DNA of 64,000 nt, from IMG/VR virus record IMGVR_UViG_3300000956_000002, positions 16,253-80,252 of that record; one strand, given 5' to 3'. The position numbers and the translations under genes are program-made. Below are positions 19,657 through 28,571 of the stretch, one piece after another (position 1 is the stretch's first letter; each line of letters begins with the position of its first letter). The notes beneath the pieces are model-generated. The model was not told the origin of the DNA, made no database searches, and worked only from the letters and a program-made list of their open reading frames with translations. Source of the DNA: a virus.

Positions 19657-21132
19657 TTAATCTCCGTACGGCGTGCGGGCGTTCGATTCGTATGGAACAT
19701 TCGAAACTTTGCTGGCGCTCTCGTAGCGTGTGAACGATTTCAGGAACGTGAGATTCACGTCGCCGGTTGGACCATTGCGCTGTTTGGCGATCAAGAGGTT
19801 GATCGGCACGGCTTCGATCTCCTGCGGCTCATCGGCGGCATCTTCGTCCTCTTCGCGCTGCGCTTTGTAGAGCAAGCCGACGAGATCCGCATCCTGCTCG
19901 ATGGCGCCGGACTCGCGAAGGTCTGAAAGGCGTGGCTTCCGGTTTTTGTCTTTTTCGAGTTCCCGGTTGAGTTGGGCGAGGACGATCACCGGCACGTCGA
20001 GTTCTTTAGCCAGCGCCTTAATGCCGTTGGATATGATCGAGATTTCCTGCTGGCGATTGTCGAACTTTTTTCCCGTTCCTCCGTTCAAGAGTTGCAGGTA
20101 ATCAATGACGAACAGTTTGATGCCATGCTGCTGATACATTCGCCGGGCCTTCGCGCGCAGTTGCATGATGGACAGGCCGGCGGTTTCATCGAGATAGATT
20201 GGGGCGTTTGCTATTTTTCCGGAGGCCCCGGTGAGTCTTGGAAAGTCGCGTTCAGCCAAAAATCCATCGCGGACGTTCCGAAGGTTGACTCTGGCGCGCG
20301 AACAGATCGTCCGAACGATCAGGGACTTGCTGGACATTTCGAGGCTGAAGATTCCAACAGGCTTTTTTTCTTCGATGGCCACGTGTTCGGCGATGTTCAT
20401 GGCCAGGGCGGTCTTGCCCATCGACGGCCTACCAGCGATGACGATCATCTCTCCGCCCTTCAAGCCGCCGGTCATTTTATCGAAGTCTGGAAATCCAGTT
20501 CCGACTCCCATCAGCGCGCCGGCATTTTGGTGATATTGCTCAATCTCGTTGATAGCCTCGTGCGTTATAGCCTTGATCGATTTATCCACTGAAACGATGC
20601 GGTCCTGGCTGATCTCCAGAATATTCCGCTCTACTTCGTCCAAGAGAGCTTCCACGTCGCCTTGGTGCTCGTAAACCTGCCCCACGGCTTGCGTGCAGGT
20701 CTGGATGACCTTCCGAAGCAGGAACTTCTCGCGCAGGATGTCGGCGTAGTACTCGAGGTTGGCAGCCGACGGGACGCAGTTCATCAGCCCGGCGATGTAA
20801 GGCATGCCGCCTAAGGCTTCCAGTTGGTTGCGATCCTTCAGGTATTGACCGACGCCGATGGGGTCGATCAACTCGCCTTTATCCTGCATCTCTGCCAGCA
20901 CGTCGAAAAGCGCCTGGTGGCGCATGTCGTAAAACATCTCGCTGCCGCGGCGCAGTTTGTCGATCGCCAGCGGCATGCAGGTCTTAGGTTCGAGCAGAAT
21001 GGACCCAAGGACGCCCTGCTCGGCTTCGATGCTGTGCGGTGGCAATCTGTCCGCAACCTGAGGCATTGGTAGCGGGGATGAATCGCGGCGGCGCCGGCGG
21101 GGTTGCTCAAGCATTTGGTCGGGGTCCATCAT
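19657..21132 (-). CDS. dnaB: Replicative DNA helicase
   Basis: PPHSIEAEQGVLG; GRPSMGKT Walker A; IDYLQL; LSDLRESGAIEQDAD; KQRNGP. Confidence 0.97.
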   Translation of the reverse strand: MMDPDQMLEQPRRRRRDSSPLPMPQVADRLPPHSIEAEQGVLGSILLEPKTCMPLAIDKLRRGSEMFYDMRHQALFDVLAEMQDKGELIDPIGVGQYLKDRNQLEALGGMPYIAGLMNCVPSAANLEYYADILREKFLLRKVIQTCTQAVGQVYEHQGDVEALLDEVERNILEISQDRIVSVDKSIKAITHEAINEIEQYHQNAGALMGVGTGFPDFDKMTGGLKGGEMIVIAGRPSMGKTALAMNIAEHVAIEEKKPVGIFSLEMSSKSLIVRTICSRARVNLRNVRDGFLAERDFPRLTGASGKIANAPIYLDETAGLSIMQLRAKARRMYQQHGIKLFVIDYLQLLNGGTGKKFDNRQQEISIISNGIKALAKELDVPVIVLAQLNRELEKDKNRKPRLSDLRESGAIEQDADLVGLLYKAQREEDEDAADEPQEIEAVPINLLIAKQRNGPTGDVNLTFLKSFTRYESASKVSNVPYESNARTPYGD

Positions 21133-22060
21133 TGGATTTCCATTTGTCAGAGAGTTGAGTGTTGAGGTTTTTGATGTCTCTTTTTAAAGCTGCCCACTCT
21201 TCGCGCTTTTCCCGGTTGTGCCAGTCCCGGCCGGTTGGAGACTCGGATGAATGGCGATTTTCGAGTTCTTTAACCCTTTTCTCCTTCGCCTCGATGATCT
21301 TTGAGATGTCGAAGGTTGACATGGGTTTCGATCCATTCGACTCAGGCCACGCCTTGCCGGGATTGCGGTCCTCCCACTGGCATTTCTTCGACCAGGCCCC
21401 ACTGGCGTAGTTGTGCCATTTACCGACAGGTTGGCCTTGCCGATCGCGATAATTCCGCCCGACGGTCTCGTTCCAAAGGCTGTCCAAAAACTCAACGGTT
21501 GCCACCCTTGCCGGCTTTCCGACCGTGCAGTAAACAATTGCAGTAAGCGGGTTTTTAGCTTGCTCCAACGTCGGAAACCCAGGCGGAGGCTCAACATCGA
21601 AATCCCTACCCCCTGCACCCCCACCCTTCAAAGAAACTCCATCTCCATTACCAGAAGGTGGAGAGAGCGTTACAGGGTGCGTTACAGCATTGTTTAAACG
21701 CGCTTTTTGAACACGTAAACGAGTCTGGTTACGCTTCTTCCACTCGTTACGCATCCGGCGATTTATTAGCGTTACAACACCATCACGCTCCGTTACATCC
21801 GCTGCTCCGGTCTGGTCGAGTTCAGTGATGGCAAGGCTCAGTTCTTCCAATGTGCAACGTCCGGTCCGAGCCAAAACGGGTCGGGAGCCGGAGATTAAAC
21901 CACATCGGTCGTCAAGGTGCATCGCGAACACAAACTCCAGCCAGATCGATCGAGTAGCGTGACAACAGCGCGAGAGCTTCTCATCGCCAAGATGATCTTT
22001 CGGGAAGAATTGGAGGTAGGGAAATTTCAAGCGTACTTGCGGTGCATCTTCCCGTGGCAT
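21107..22060 (-). CDS. Phage replication initiator-like protein
   Basis: PYLQFFPKD-type N-terminus, linker with direct repeats (GTTACA), directly upstream of dnaB. Confidence 0.65.
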   Translation of the reverse strand: MPREDAPQVRLKFPYLQFFPKDHLGDEKLSRCCHATRSIWLEFVFAMHLDDRCGLISGSRPVLARTGRCTLEELSLAITELDQTGAADVTERDGVVTLINRRMRNEWKKRNQTRLRVQKARLNNAVTHPVTLSPPSGNGDGVSLKGGGAGGRDFDVEPPPGFPTLEQAKNPLTAIVYCTVGKPARVATVEFLDSLWNETVGRNYRDRQGQPVGKWHNYASGAWSKKCQWEDRNPGKAWPESNGSKPMSTFDISKIIEAKEKRVKELENRHSSESPTGRDWHNREKREEWAALKRDIKNLNTQLSDKWKSNDGPRPNA

Positions 22061-22608
22061 TGACTGCAAAGCCAAATTACATAAAGTGGTTTTGTGTAAT
22101 CCGGGTGGTGCATTTGAAGAGGATTGGAAGAGGAGCATTTTTCGCAATTTGAAAGGATTGGAATAATCCCTGACTTCGCCGCTTTGCGGGCTAGGCTGCG
22201 AGCTTTGAATTTGTGCTTATTGTGTAAATAGTAATTTCTGGAGTATTCCTTCCTCTGTAAATGACCGACTTTTGATTTTAAATGATCTGGAACACGGTTA
22301 TCCATCCCCCTACATGAAAGCCCGCAATATTTTCTTCTGAGTAAAGCAGATGGGGACTCGATTGAACCATCTGAATTAGTTTTTCGAACAAGCAAAGAAC
22401 CACAAAAAAGACAATGTTTTACGGGAGTAGGTTTTAATCGACAACTAACTCGACCATCACGCGGTTCTGGCGCGTTCATTTTCCTCCAAAGTTTAGAATC
22501 TTTCTTACTGCATTCCTTGCACTTATTAAGGTGACCGTCTCTCATTAGAGGGTGAGGGTAAAATTCGTCGAGCGATTTTTCGGCACCACATTTGAAGCAT
22601 ATTTTCAT
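22027..22608 (-). CDS. Zn-finger/HNH endonuclease
   Basis: CFKC..CKEC; HHPDYTKPLYVIWLCSQCH. Confidence 0.8.
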   Translation of the reverse strand: MKICFKCGAEKSLDEFYPHPLMRDGHLNKCKECSKKDSKLWRKMNAPEPRDGRVSCRLKPTPVKHCLFCGSLLVRKTNSDGSIESPSALLRRKYCGLSCRGMDNRVPDHLKSKVGHLQRKEYSRNYYLHNKHKFKARSLARKAAKSGIIPILSNCEKCSSSNPLQMHHPDYTKPLYVIWLCSQCHGKMHRKYA

Positions 22609-22806
22609 TTCAATGAAACAAATCGCCCTTCAAAGCGCCGAACCTCACGCGGGCTGACAACCGGCCTGACGGCCTGAAATTTACCCAATTCGGCGCCTTG
22701 AAAGGCGGCTTTGCTATCCGGTGTCATTTATCATGGCAGCGTGAGATGCCGACCCCACGGTGAGAGTTTATTGTTTTTTACGCAAGGTTTTTCCGTCAAA
22801 TTCGGT

Positions 22807-23529
22807 TTACGGAAACTTCTGGTCATGGGTTTTGGGGTTGGGTGCCTGAAAGAATTCTGAATGCAGTTGCAGCCACGATTGGAACTTGTCCATTTCCTGA
22901 TGCCGTAAGGCGGTCCAGTCGATTGGCCACCCCATCAACCATTCGCTCAACTGTGGGTTCTGCTTTCGACCCACATACGTTCCACGGCGTAAGGCTTTCT
23001 TCCTGGCGTTGGAACCGCCGCAATTGTCCCGGTCGCTCGCCCGCGGGGTAGGCCAAGACGAACAATCGTCGTCGCACATGTGGAGCACCAACGGAACATG
23101 CTGAAAACACTCCCCATCGCGCATCCATCCCCATTCCGGCAATGTCAGCAAGGACTCGGTTGAGTCCTCGAATAGCAAGGTCTGACGAGTTTTCAATGAA
23201 CGCGAATCGTGGTCGAACTTCGCGAATGATCCGCGCGAACTCTCCCCACAATCCTGAACGTTCACCTTCGATTCCGACACGGCATCCAGCCGGGCTGATA
23301 TCCTGGCATGGAAATCCGCCGCAAACGATATCAACGCCGCGCCATGGCTTTCCGTCAAAGGTTCGAACGTCGTCCCAAATCGGGAACCATGGCAGGATTC
23401 CGTCTCGCTGGCGTTGGAGGAGGATTTGGCGGCAGTAAGGTTCAATTTCGACCGCACAAACAGTTCGATGCCCGAGAAGCATTCCGCCGAGGATTCCACC
23501 GCCGCATCCTGCAAATAGGTGTAACTCAT
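22807..23529 (-). CDS. Overlapping alternative-frame ORF, probable MTase beta subunit
   Basis: ATG overlaps the upstream TGA (ATGA); C-terminal WPTPRASD..NPQLSEWLMGWPIDWT is motif-IX-like. Confidence 0.65.
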   Translation of the reverse strand: MSYTYLQDAAVESSAECFSGIELFVRSKLNLTAAKSSSNASETESCHGSRFGTTFEPLTESHGAALISFAADFHARISARLDAVSESKVNVQDCGESSRGSFAKFDHDSRSLKTRQTLLFEDSTESLLTLPEWGWMRDGECFQHVPLVLHMCDDDCSSWPTPRASDRDNCGGSNARKKALRRGTYVGRKQNPQLSEWLMGWPIDWTALRHQEMDKFQSWLQLHSEFFQAPNPKTHDQKFP

Positions 23530-23533
23530 TCAC
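22823..23533 (-). CDS. DNA cytosine-5 methyltransferase, alpha-type subunit
   Basis: LFAGCGG (I), GFPCQD (IV), ENS (VI), RRRLF (VIII), GNGQV (X); very short variable region; GTG start. Confidence 0.9.
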   Translation of the reverse strand: MNELHLFAGCGGGILGGMLLGHRTVCAVEIEPYCRQILLQRQRDGILPWFPIWDDVRTFDGKPWRGVDIVCGGFPCQDISPAGCRVGIEGERSGLWGEFARIIREVRPRFAFIENSSDLAIRGLNRVLADIAGMGMDARWGVFSACSVGAPHVRRRLFVLAYPAGERPGQLRRFQRQEESLTPWNVCGSKAEPTVERMVDGVANRLDRLTASGNGQVPIVAATAFRILSGTQPQNP

Positions 23534-23999
23534 CCCGCTCCTCCCTGACGCACTGTTCGTAGGCGGCGCCGAAGATTTGGGCGGATTCAACGCCGTTGGT
23601 TTCATTGTCGAGATTGGTGATCGTTATCACGGCGCCTTCCTGGCCTTCTGGCACGTCGATGATTTCAAAACTCCCCCTTTTGATGTGCTTCGAGGAATCG
23701 TTTGCGGGCAGCAATGAGGCAATCCAAGATTGTGGTGTATCCGTTATCCCCATCGCTACGGCCGTCCGATACGCGGAGTGCAACTGCGACTCCAAAGATC
23801 GAATTGCCGCGTTTAGCCACGCCTTTGTGTCGTCGTTTTGGAGGATGTATCGCTGGCCGTTTTTCCTCATGCCGATCTTCTTGTCGTTTTTCTTCGACGG
23901 GACTCGGCCCAGGTTGCGGATGTGAAGAACCAGCGGCTCCGAGGTTTCGCTGGATAAACGACTCACTGGCGTTTGGGAATTTGGCGAGGATGGATTCAC
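23526..23999 (-). CDS. RusA-like resolvase, frame A
   Basis: RVPSKKN N-terminal motif and NDSSKHI..GAVITI C-terminal motif. Confidence 0.5.
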   Translation of the reverse strand: MNPSSPNSQTPVSRLSSETSEPLVLHIRNLGRVPSKKNDKKIGMRKNGQRYILQNDDTKAWLNAAIRSLESQLHSAYRTAVAMGITDTPQSWIASLLPANDSSKHIKRGSFEIIDVPEGQEGAVITITNLDNETNGVESAQIFGAAYEQCVREERGE

Positions 24000-24006
24000 G
24001 AGTCAT
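23665..24006 (-). CDS. Overlapping ORF carrying a RusA-like catalytic motif, frame B
   Basis: ATGA-coupled start (MTRESIL); RSDGDNGYTTILDCL resembles DxDNxxKxxxDxL. Confidence 0.45.
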   Translation of the reverse strand: MTRESILAKFPNASESFIQRNLGAAGSSHPQPGPSPVEEKRQEDRHEEKRPAIHPPKRRHKGVAKRGNSIFGVAVALRVSDGRSDGDNGYTTILDCLIAARKRFLEAHQKGEF

Positions 24007-24107
24007 CGGTGTAAAAATTTCAATAGGACGAACCAAGCGAAAGCCACGACCGGTAGTGCAAGGATCACCAGGCAGAGAATCGCGAGAATGTTTTTGATGG
24101 TGTTCAT
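24003..24107 (-). CDS. 34-aa single-TM peptide
   Basis: MNTIKNILAILCLVILALPVVAFAWFVLLKFLHR fills the gap after ssb. Confidence 0.45.
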   Translation of the reverse strand: MNTIKNILAILCLVILALPVVAFAWFVLLKFLHR

Positions 24108-24110
24108 GGC

Positions 24111-24575
24111 TTAAAATGGAACGTCATCTTCGGCGTCAGGTGGTGTGTCATCCGACGGCGGTGGTGGAGTTGGTCGCGCGGGAGTTGATCTACCTGTCGG
24201 CACGCCGGCAGTCGGTGGTCGCGGCGAACTTGGCCGTTCCGAAGAGGCGGATTGTCGATCGAGAAACTGAATCGAGTCGCCAACGCATTTCAGTTTCGTG
24301 TAGGTCTTTCCGTTGGACTCCCACGAATCGAGTTTCAGTCGAGCATCCACGTCAACGAGCGAACCGGCTCGGCAGTATTGCGAAATGGCTTCCGCGGTTT
24401 TTCCGAAGAAATCGACTTCGACAATGGCGATCTCTTCTTTGTCCTGGCCTTTGTAATTGTAGGAGCGCTGAGTCTCGATCGAGATCGTCGTCAGCGTCGT
24501 CTGGCCGACAGGTTTACTAACTGGCGCTTGCGTGAGGACACCAAGCAGGGAGACGCGATTTCGGGAGGGTTTCAT
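24111..24575 (-). CDS. ssb: Single-stranded DNA-binding protein
   Basis: NRVSLLG OB-fold start; acidic EDDVPF C-terminus. Confidence 0.9.
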   Translation of the reverse strand: MKPSRNRVSLLGVLTQAPVSKPVGQTTLTTISIETQRSYNYKGQDKEEIAIVEVDFFGKTAEAISQYCRAGSLVDVDARLKLDSWESNGKTYTKLKCVGDSIQFLDRQSASSERPSSPRPPTAGVPTGRSTPARPTPPPPSDDTPPDAEDDVPF

Positions 24576-25682
24576 TTATTCTTTTCGTTTCAACTGTGGT
24601 TCCGGTTTCTCGCCGACCTCGACGCACCCGTCTAAAATCTGATCCATCATTTCGTCCAGCGCCTTGCCGTAAAGCCCCGTCGCTTTCCAGATCAGCCCTT
24701 TGAGCCCACGCGCTTCCTCGCCGTGCTTCTTCGTTTCCTTCTTCGCCTCGCCCTTCGTGATGCCGCATTCCTGCTGGAAATCTTTGAGCGTCACGCCCAG
24801 AGCTTTCACGCGTTCAAATACCTCCGGCAATTCGACGATGGTTTCACGTGGTGTGCCGTCCTTCAGAAAATAACCAGGCACGTCCTCGTTGGCTTTTAGA
24901 CGCCTTTTGGCTTCAGCGCGCAAATCGTTCACGATCGCTTCGATGCGTGGAATGAGCCCAAGATGGACTGAAAGTTCAGCGCCGGTTAGTGCTGGAATTG
25001 TTGACGTATCTGTTCTCGATACAGCCAAATTTAGATTCAAGCGTTCAGGACAACGGAGGCGCGCGCGGCAATACTTGCATTGGCGTTCACCGGGAACCCG
25101 CGGCGCATCCGGTATCTCGGCCGCAGCGATGATCTCCTGAATCTTCAGCAGCGCAGCGCCAGCGGTTTCCAGCGTGTAGGTCGCCGTCTCTTTGATGGCC
25201 CCGAAGCGCGGGATAATCGCGACCGTTACCTCAGCAACCCCGTATTTGTGAATCACGAGGATTGCCAACGTCGCCAACTGCGGATTCTCTGGCGCTGTCG
25301 TGACCGGCAGAAACCCGGATTTGAAATCGATGCACAGCGCTTTTCCGTCCTTCAAATAAACGCGGTCAGGCTGGCCGGAGAAGTCGTCGTTAAACCAGAT
25401 TCGCTCTTCGGCGATGAAGTTGTTCGTATCAAACCCATGCCGCTCCACGAGTTGATGCGCCTTGCGGCTCATGTGCTCGTAGGTGGATTGTTCTTCGCTA
25501 GACAGTTCGAGTAGCGCCTCAGTGTCACCCGCCAAGGCCGCGTGGATTCGTATCCCAGATTCCTTCACGTCCTCGGCGGCGTCGAGTTCTGGAAGTCCCT
25601 CCTGAGCATTGCGCGATCCAGGGCAGAGATATGCCTGCTCCACGGCACTCGCGCTCATTTTTCCTTGACGTGGGTCGCTCAT
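24576..25682 (-). CDS. PD-(D/E)XK Cas4-like/DUF2800-type exonuclease
   Basis: CPGS, GIRIH, GQPD..IDFKSG, QL, CKYC..C. Confidence 0.75.
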   Translation of the reverse strand: MSDPRQGKMSASAVEQAYLCPGSRNAQEGLPELDAAEDVKESGIRIHAALAGDTEALLELSSEEQSTYEHMSRKAHQLVERHGFDTNNFIAEERIWFNDDFSGQPDRVYLKDGKALCIDFKSGFLPVTTAPENPQLATLAILVIHKYGVAEVTVAIIPRFGAIKETATYTLETAGAALLKIQEIIAAAEIPDAPRVPGERQCKYCRARLRCPERLNLNLAVSRTDTSTIPALTGAELSVHLGLIPRIEAIVNDLRAEAKRRLKANEDVPGYFLKDGTPRETIVELPEVFERVKALGVTLKDFQQECGITKGEAKKETKKHGEEARGLKGLIWKATGLYGKALDEMMDQILDGCVEVGEKPEPQLKRKE

Positions 25683-25683
25683 G

Positions 25684-26985
25684 TTATTTCGCCACCATCC
25701 CATCTTCAATGACTACGGAAACCTCTCCGCCGGTTGAAACGCGCTCCATCCATACCTGCGCGTCGTTCTTGGCTGCGATGTCGGCAACCATGGCCAAGCT
25801 TTCCTCGTCGAGAAGCGAGCCGTCCCGAATAAGGAGCACGCGCAATTTCGGATTCAATGCGAGCCCAATGGCGATCGATACTTTTGTCTGGTCAGCGGAA
25901 CTTGCCTGAGAAAATGGAATGCCATTGAAAACAACGTTTCCGCTCGCGTCGAAACTGAGTCCGGGAATCGGATACTTCGCGTCGGATATCGCCTTCGTTT
26001 TTTCAGCTTCAATGGCTTCGAGGCGTGCGGTCAGATCGTCCGCCTTCTTTTGTTTTTCAGCGTGCTTCTGAGCGGTTGTGGCTCTCTCTTTATTCTTGCG
26101 GACCTTCTGGTTTGTTTCGGCAGCCGTGTTGGCTTTGGTTACGAACGGCGCGAGGTCGATATCCACCAAAGCAGCAACCTCTGCTTCCGTTACAGCGATT
26201 AATTTCTTTTGCTCGTCAATATCCTCGACTGCGACGGCCCGCTGGGTTTCCAGTTCTTTGATGGCCTGGACGAGTTCTTCGATTTGTGCGCGTTTGTCCG
26301 AAATTTGTGAGTCAAATGTTGCGAGTCCGCGTTCACTATTCGCAGCGTCGATTTTTGATTGTTCAAGGCGGGCTCGCCGTCGGGCGTTCAGCGCATTCTT
26401 CTCCGATGCTGCTTGCTGCTCCTTAAGGATATCAGCCGTAGAAACTTCCTCGTCAGGAACGCCGTCGAATTTCGGGTTCGCATCGAGGGCGATCTTGAGA
26501 GCTTTCGCTTCCCGATTTACTGCTGTTCGTTCGTCGTAAAGCGACTTGTATTCGGTATCCTGTTTCGAAAAGTCGAGGCCGACCAATCTGCGAAGCGTTT
26601 CCGCCTGGGTGTCAGCGCGGCGGGCGAATTCCAAAGGGTCGAAGCTGAGTGTTCCGACAAGCTTATCAAGAATAGACTGCGGGCTCGGAAACTTAGCTCC
26701 TTCCTTATTTGTGACGACGAGGTTGGTTCCGCCAGCAGCGGTGAACGTTCTCTTCACGATCAACTCGCCAAGGTCGATCACAACCTCCGCGTTCGGCTGA
26801 CCGTCGCGCACGGGCTTCTGTGGAAGAGTTGAACCTCCGCCAAGCCCATACATTATCGAGTCGAGGACCGACGACTTCCCTTGGCCATTCCTTCCGCCAA
26901 TGACGACGACGTTTCCATCCGGTGTGATTTCAACCGCAGAAAGACGTTTAACGTTCTGCGAGTGAAGCCTAATTATTTTGCTCAT
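25684..26985 (-). CDS. SMC/Rad50-like coiled-coil ABC ATPase
   Basis: GRNGQGKSS Walker A; long coiled coil; SQASSAD signature; LLIRDGSLLD. Confidence 0.85.
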   Translation of the reverse strand: MSKIIRLHSQNVKRLSAVEITPDGNVVVIGGRNGQGKSSVLDSIMYGLGGGSTLPQKPVRDGQPNAEVVIDLGELIVKRTFTAAGGTNLVVTNKEGAKFPSPQSILDKLVGTLSFDPLEFARRADTQAETLRRLVGLDFSKQDTEYKSLYDERTAVNREAKALKIALDANPKFDGVPDEEVSTADILKEQQAASEKNALNARRRARLEQSKIDAANSERGLATFDSQISDKRAQIEELVQAIKELETQRAVAVEDIDEQKKLIAVTEAEVAALVDIDLAPFVTKANTAAETNQKVRKNKERATTAQKHAEKQKKADDLTARLEAIEAEKTKAISDAKYPIPGLSFDASGNVVFNGIPFSQASSADQTKVSIAIGLALNPKLRVLLIRDGSLLDEESLAMVADIAAKNDAQVWMERVSTGGEVSVVIEDGMVAK

Positions 26986-27009
26986 GATCTATGGGGTTGA
27001 TTTTTGATT

Positions 27010-28128
27010 TTACGGTTGAACCGCTTTCAGAATTTCCTCCTTGGCACCGAGAATCACCTTGGCCTGCTGCATCGTCAGGTCGGTAACATCGGCGGCGCTT
27101 TCAGCCCACGTACCAAATTCGCGCGCAACGGCGGCTTGAATCTGCCCCCATCCGAGATTGTTTTGAACCAACCACTCCGAGAGGCGGGTTTTATCGTTCG
27201 CCAGCGCATTGGCCGGTGGGGTCGCGGGCTCGGCCTTCTTTTCCGTTTTGGCTGCGGGTTCTTTCGGTGGTTCCGCCGCAGGTTTCGTTTCAGCCGGCGG
27301 TGGAGTTTCGGTCTTGGACTTGTCGGCGCCGAAGATTCCGGCCTTCGCTTCCTTTTGAGGCAACGGGAAGGCGGATTCGATAGTAGTTTGCCCATCCTTA
27401 ATCGCAGACCGAAGTCCGGTGAGAGTTTCCAAATCTTCGAGGTCGATTTCCTCAATGCCCTTCCGATCAAGCGCGAACAAGATCCGATCCAACGTCACGC
27501 CCATTTTAGTGAAAACTTCGATGGCTTTGTCGCGGCGCTCGTTCAAGGTTTTGGCGTCACCGATAGCGACACGCTTCGCTGCCTCGTAAACCGGCTTCAC
27601 AAGGACACCAGGCACTACTTTAAATATGGCATCGCGCAGGGCGATGGCAGAGCAGGCATTGGTCGCGAGATTGATGTCATCGGAATCGGGGCGTTCTTTG
27701 AACTTCTTTTTTGTGACAGTCCGGCGCTTCTCAATGCTGATCGCGGAATTCTTCTCAAGATCGTGGCATACCGCCTGGATGATTACGTGTGGGTCATCCG
27801 TGATGTTGGTTCCGACGATACGGCTGGCCGCGCGTAAATTGCCGTAGCACGACAAGGCTATTTCAGCGAGTCGGATAGAAGGACCTTTGATGAATTTCTT
27901 GGAGCCATCGTCGTTTTTCCCGCGAGGTAAACTGTAAAAGCACGCCTCCGCTGTTTCCACATCAAGGGTTGCCATTGTAAGCATCTCCTTTTTGACCTGG
28001 GCGATACTGCGAGGGTATTTGCGCGCAGTCGCAATCTGCACATCTATCTGTGCGCGCTCCATAGCCTCCACTGCTGATGGGGAAGCGGGCATAAGTTCGG
28101 CGTCAATTGTCTCGGGTTGATCATTCAT
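27010..28128 (-). CDS. Probable phage recombination/annealing protein
   Basis: QIATARKYPR..GPSIRLAE core; adjacent to exonuclease, ATPase and SSB. Confidence 0.5.
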   Translation of the reverse strand: MNDQPETIDAELMPASPSAVEAMERAQIDVQIATARKYPRSIAQVKKEMLTMATLDVETAEACFYSLPRGKNDDGSKKFIKGPSIRLAEIALSCYGNLRAASRIVGTNITDDPHVIIQAVCHDLEKNSAISIEKRRTVTKKKFKERPDSDDINLATNACSAIALRDAIFKVVPGVLVKPVYEAAKRVAIGDAKTLNERRDKAIEVFTKMGVTLDRILFALDRKGIEEIDLEDLETLTGLRSAIKDGQTTIESAFPLPQKEAKAGIFGADKSKTETPPPAETKPAAEPPKEPAAKTEKKAEPATPPANALANDKTRLSEWLVQNNLGWGQIQAAVAREFGTWAESAADVTDLTMQQAKVILGAKEEILKAVQP

Positions 28129-28233
28129 ATAGTTTCGATTTTGAAATTGATGCTGGTTCTACTCGTGTTTCAACCTCTCGGCTGTCCAAGCCCGACAGAA
28201 CGTTGCGGTAATCGCTAACTTGGAAAATTGTCA

Positions 28234-28551
28234 TCATTTCTTTGGATGCGCGCGGAAGTAACGTTCGTGGCCGGCTTCAATCAGTGTTCTTGGGTGAAAA
28301 CGAAATTCATTTCCGAATTCGATGGCCGGAATTTTGTTCTTTCTCGCGAGGGTATTCAGCGTCTTAACACTGCACTGAAGCCATTCGGCAGCCTGTTTCG
28401 ATGTCAGCGTGGCATCCAATTGCGCTTCCACTAGGCCGGCGCCTTTGAAAAGCGAGGCGAGTCGGGTCAGTAACTTCAACGCTTCGGCGGTCGAAATGGG
28501 ATCGGCCGTCAAAGTCGTTTTCAGTTCTTCCGCGTGCATCGCCTCGCTCAT
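28234..28551 (-). CDS. Excisionase-like HTH protein
   Basis: LTSKQAAEWLQCSVKTL..IPAIEFGNEFRF. Confidence 0.75.
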   Translation of the reverse strand: MSEAMHAEELKTTLTADPISTAEALKLLTRLASLFKGAGLVEAQLDATLTSKQAAEWLQCSVKTLNTLARKNKIPAIEFGNEFRFHPRTLIEAGHERYFRAHPKK

Positions 28552-28571
28552 AGGTCCCCACCTGTTTCGCT

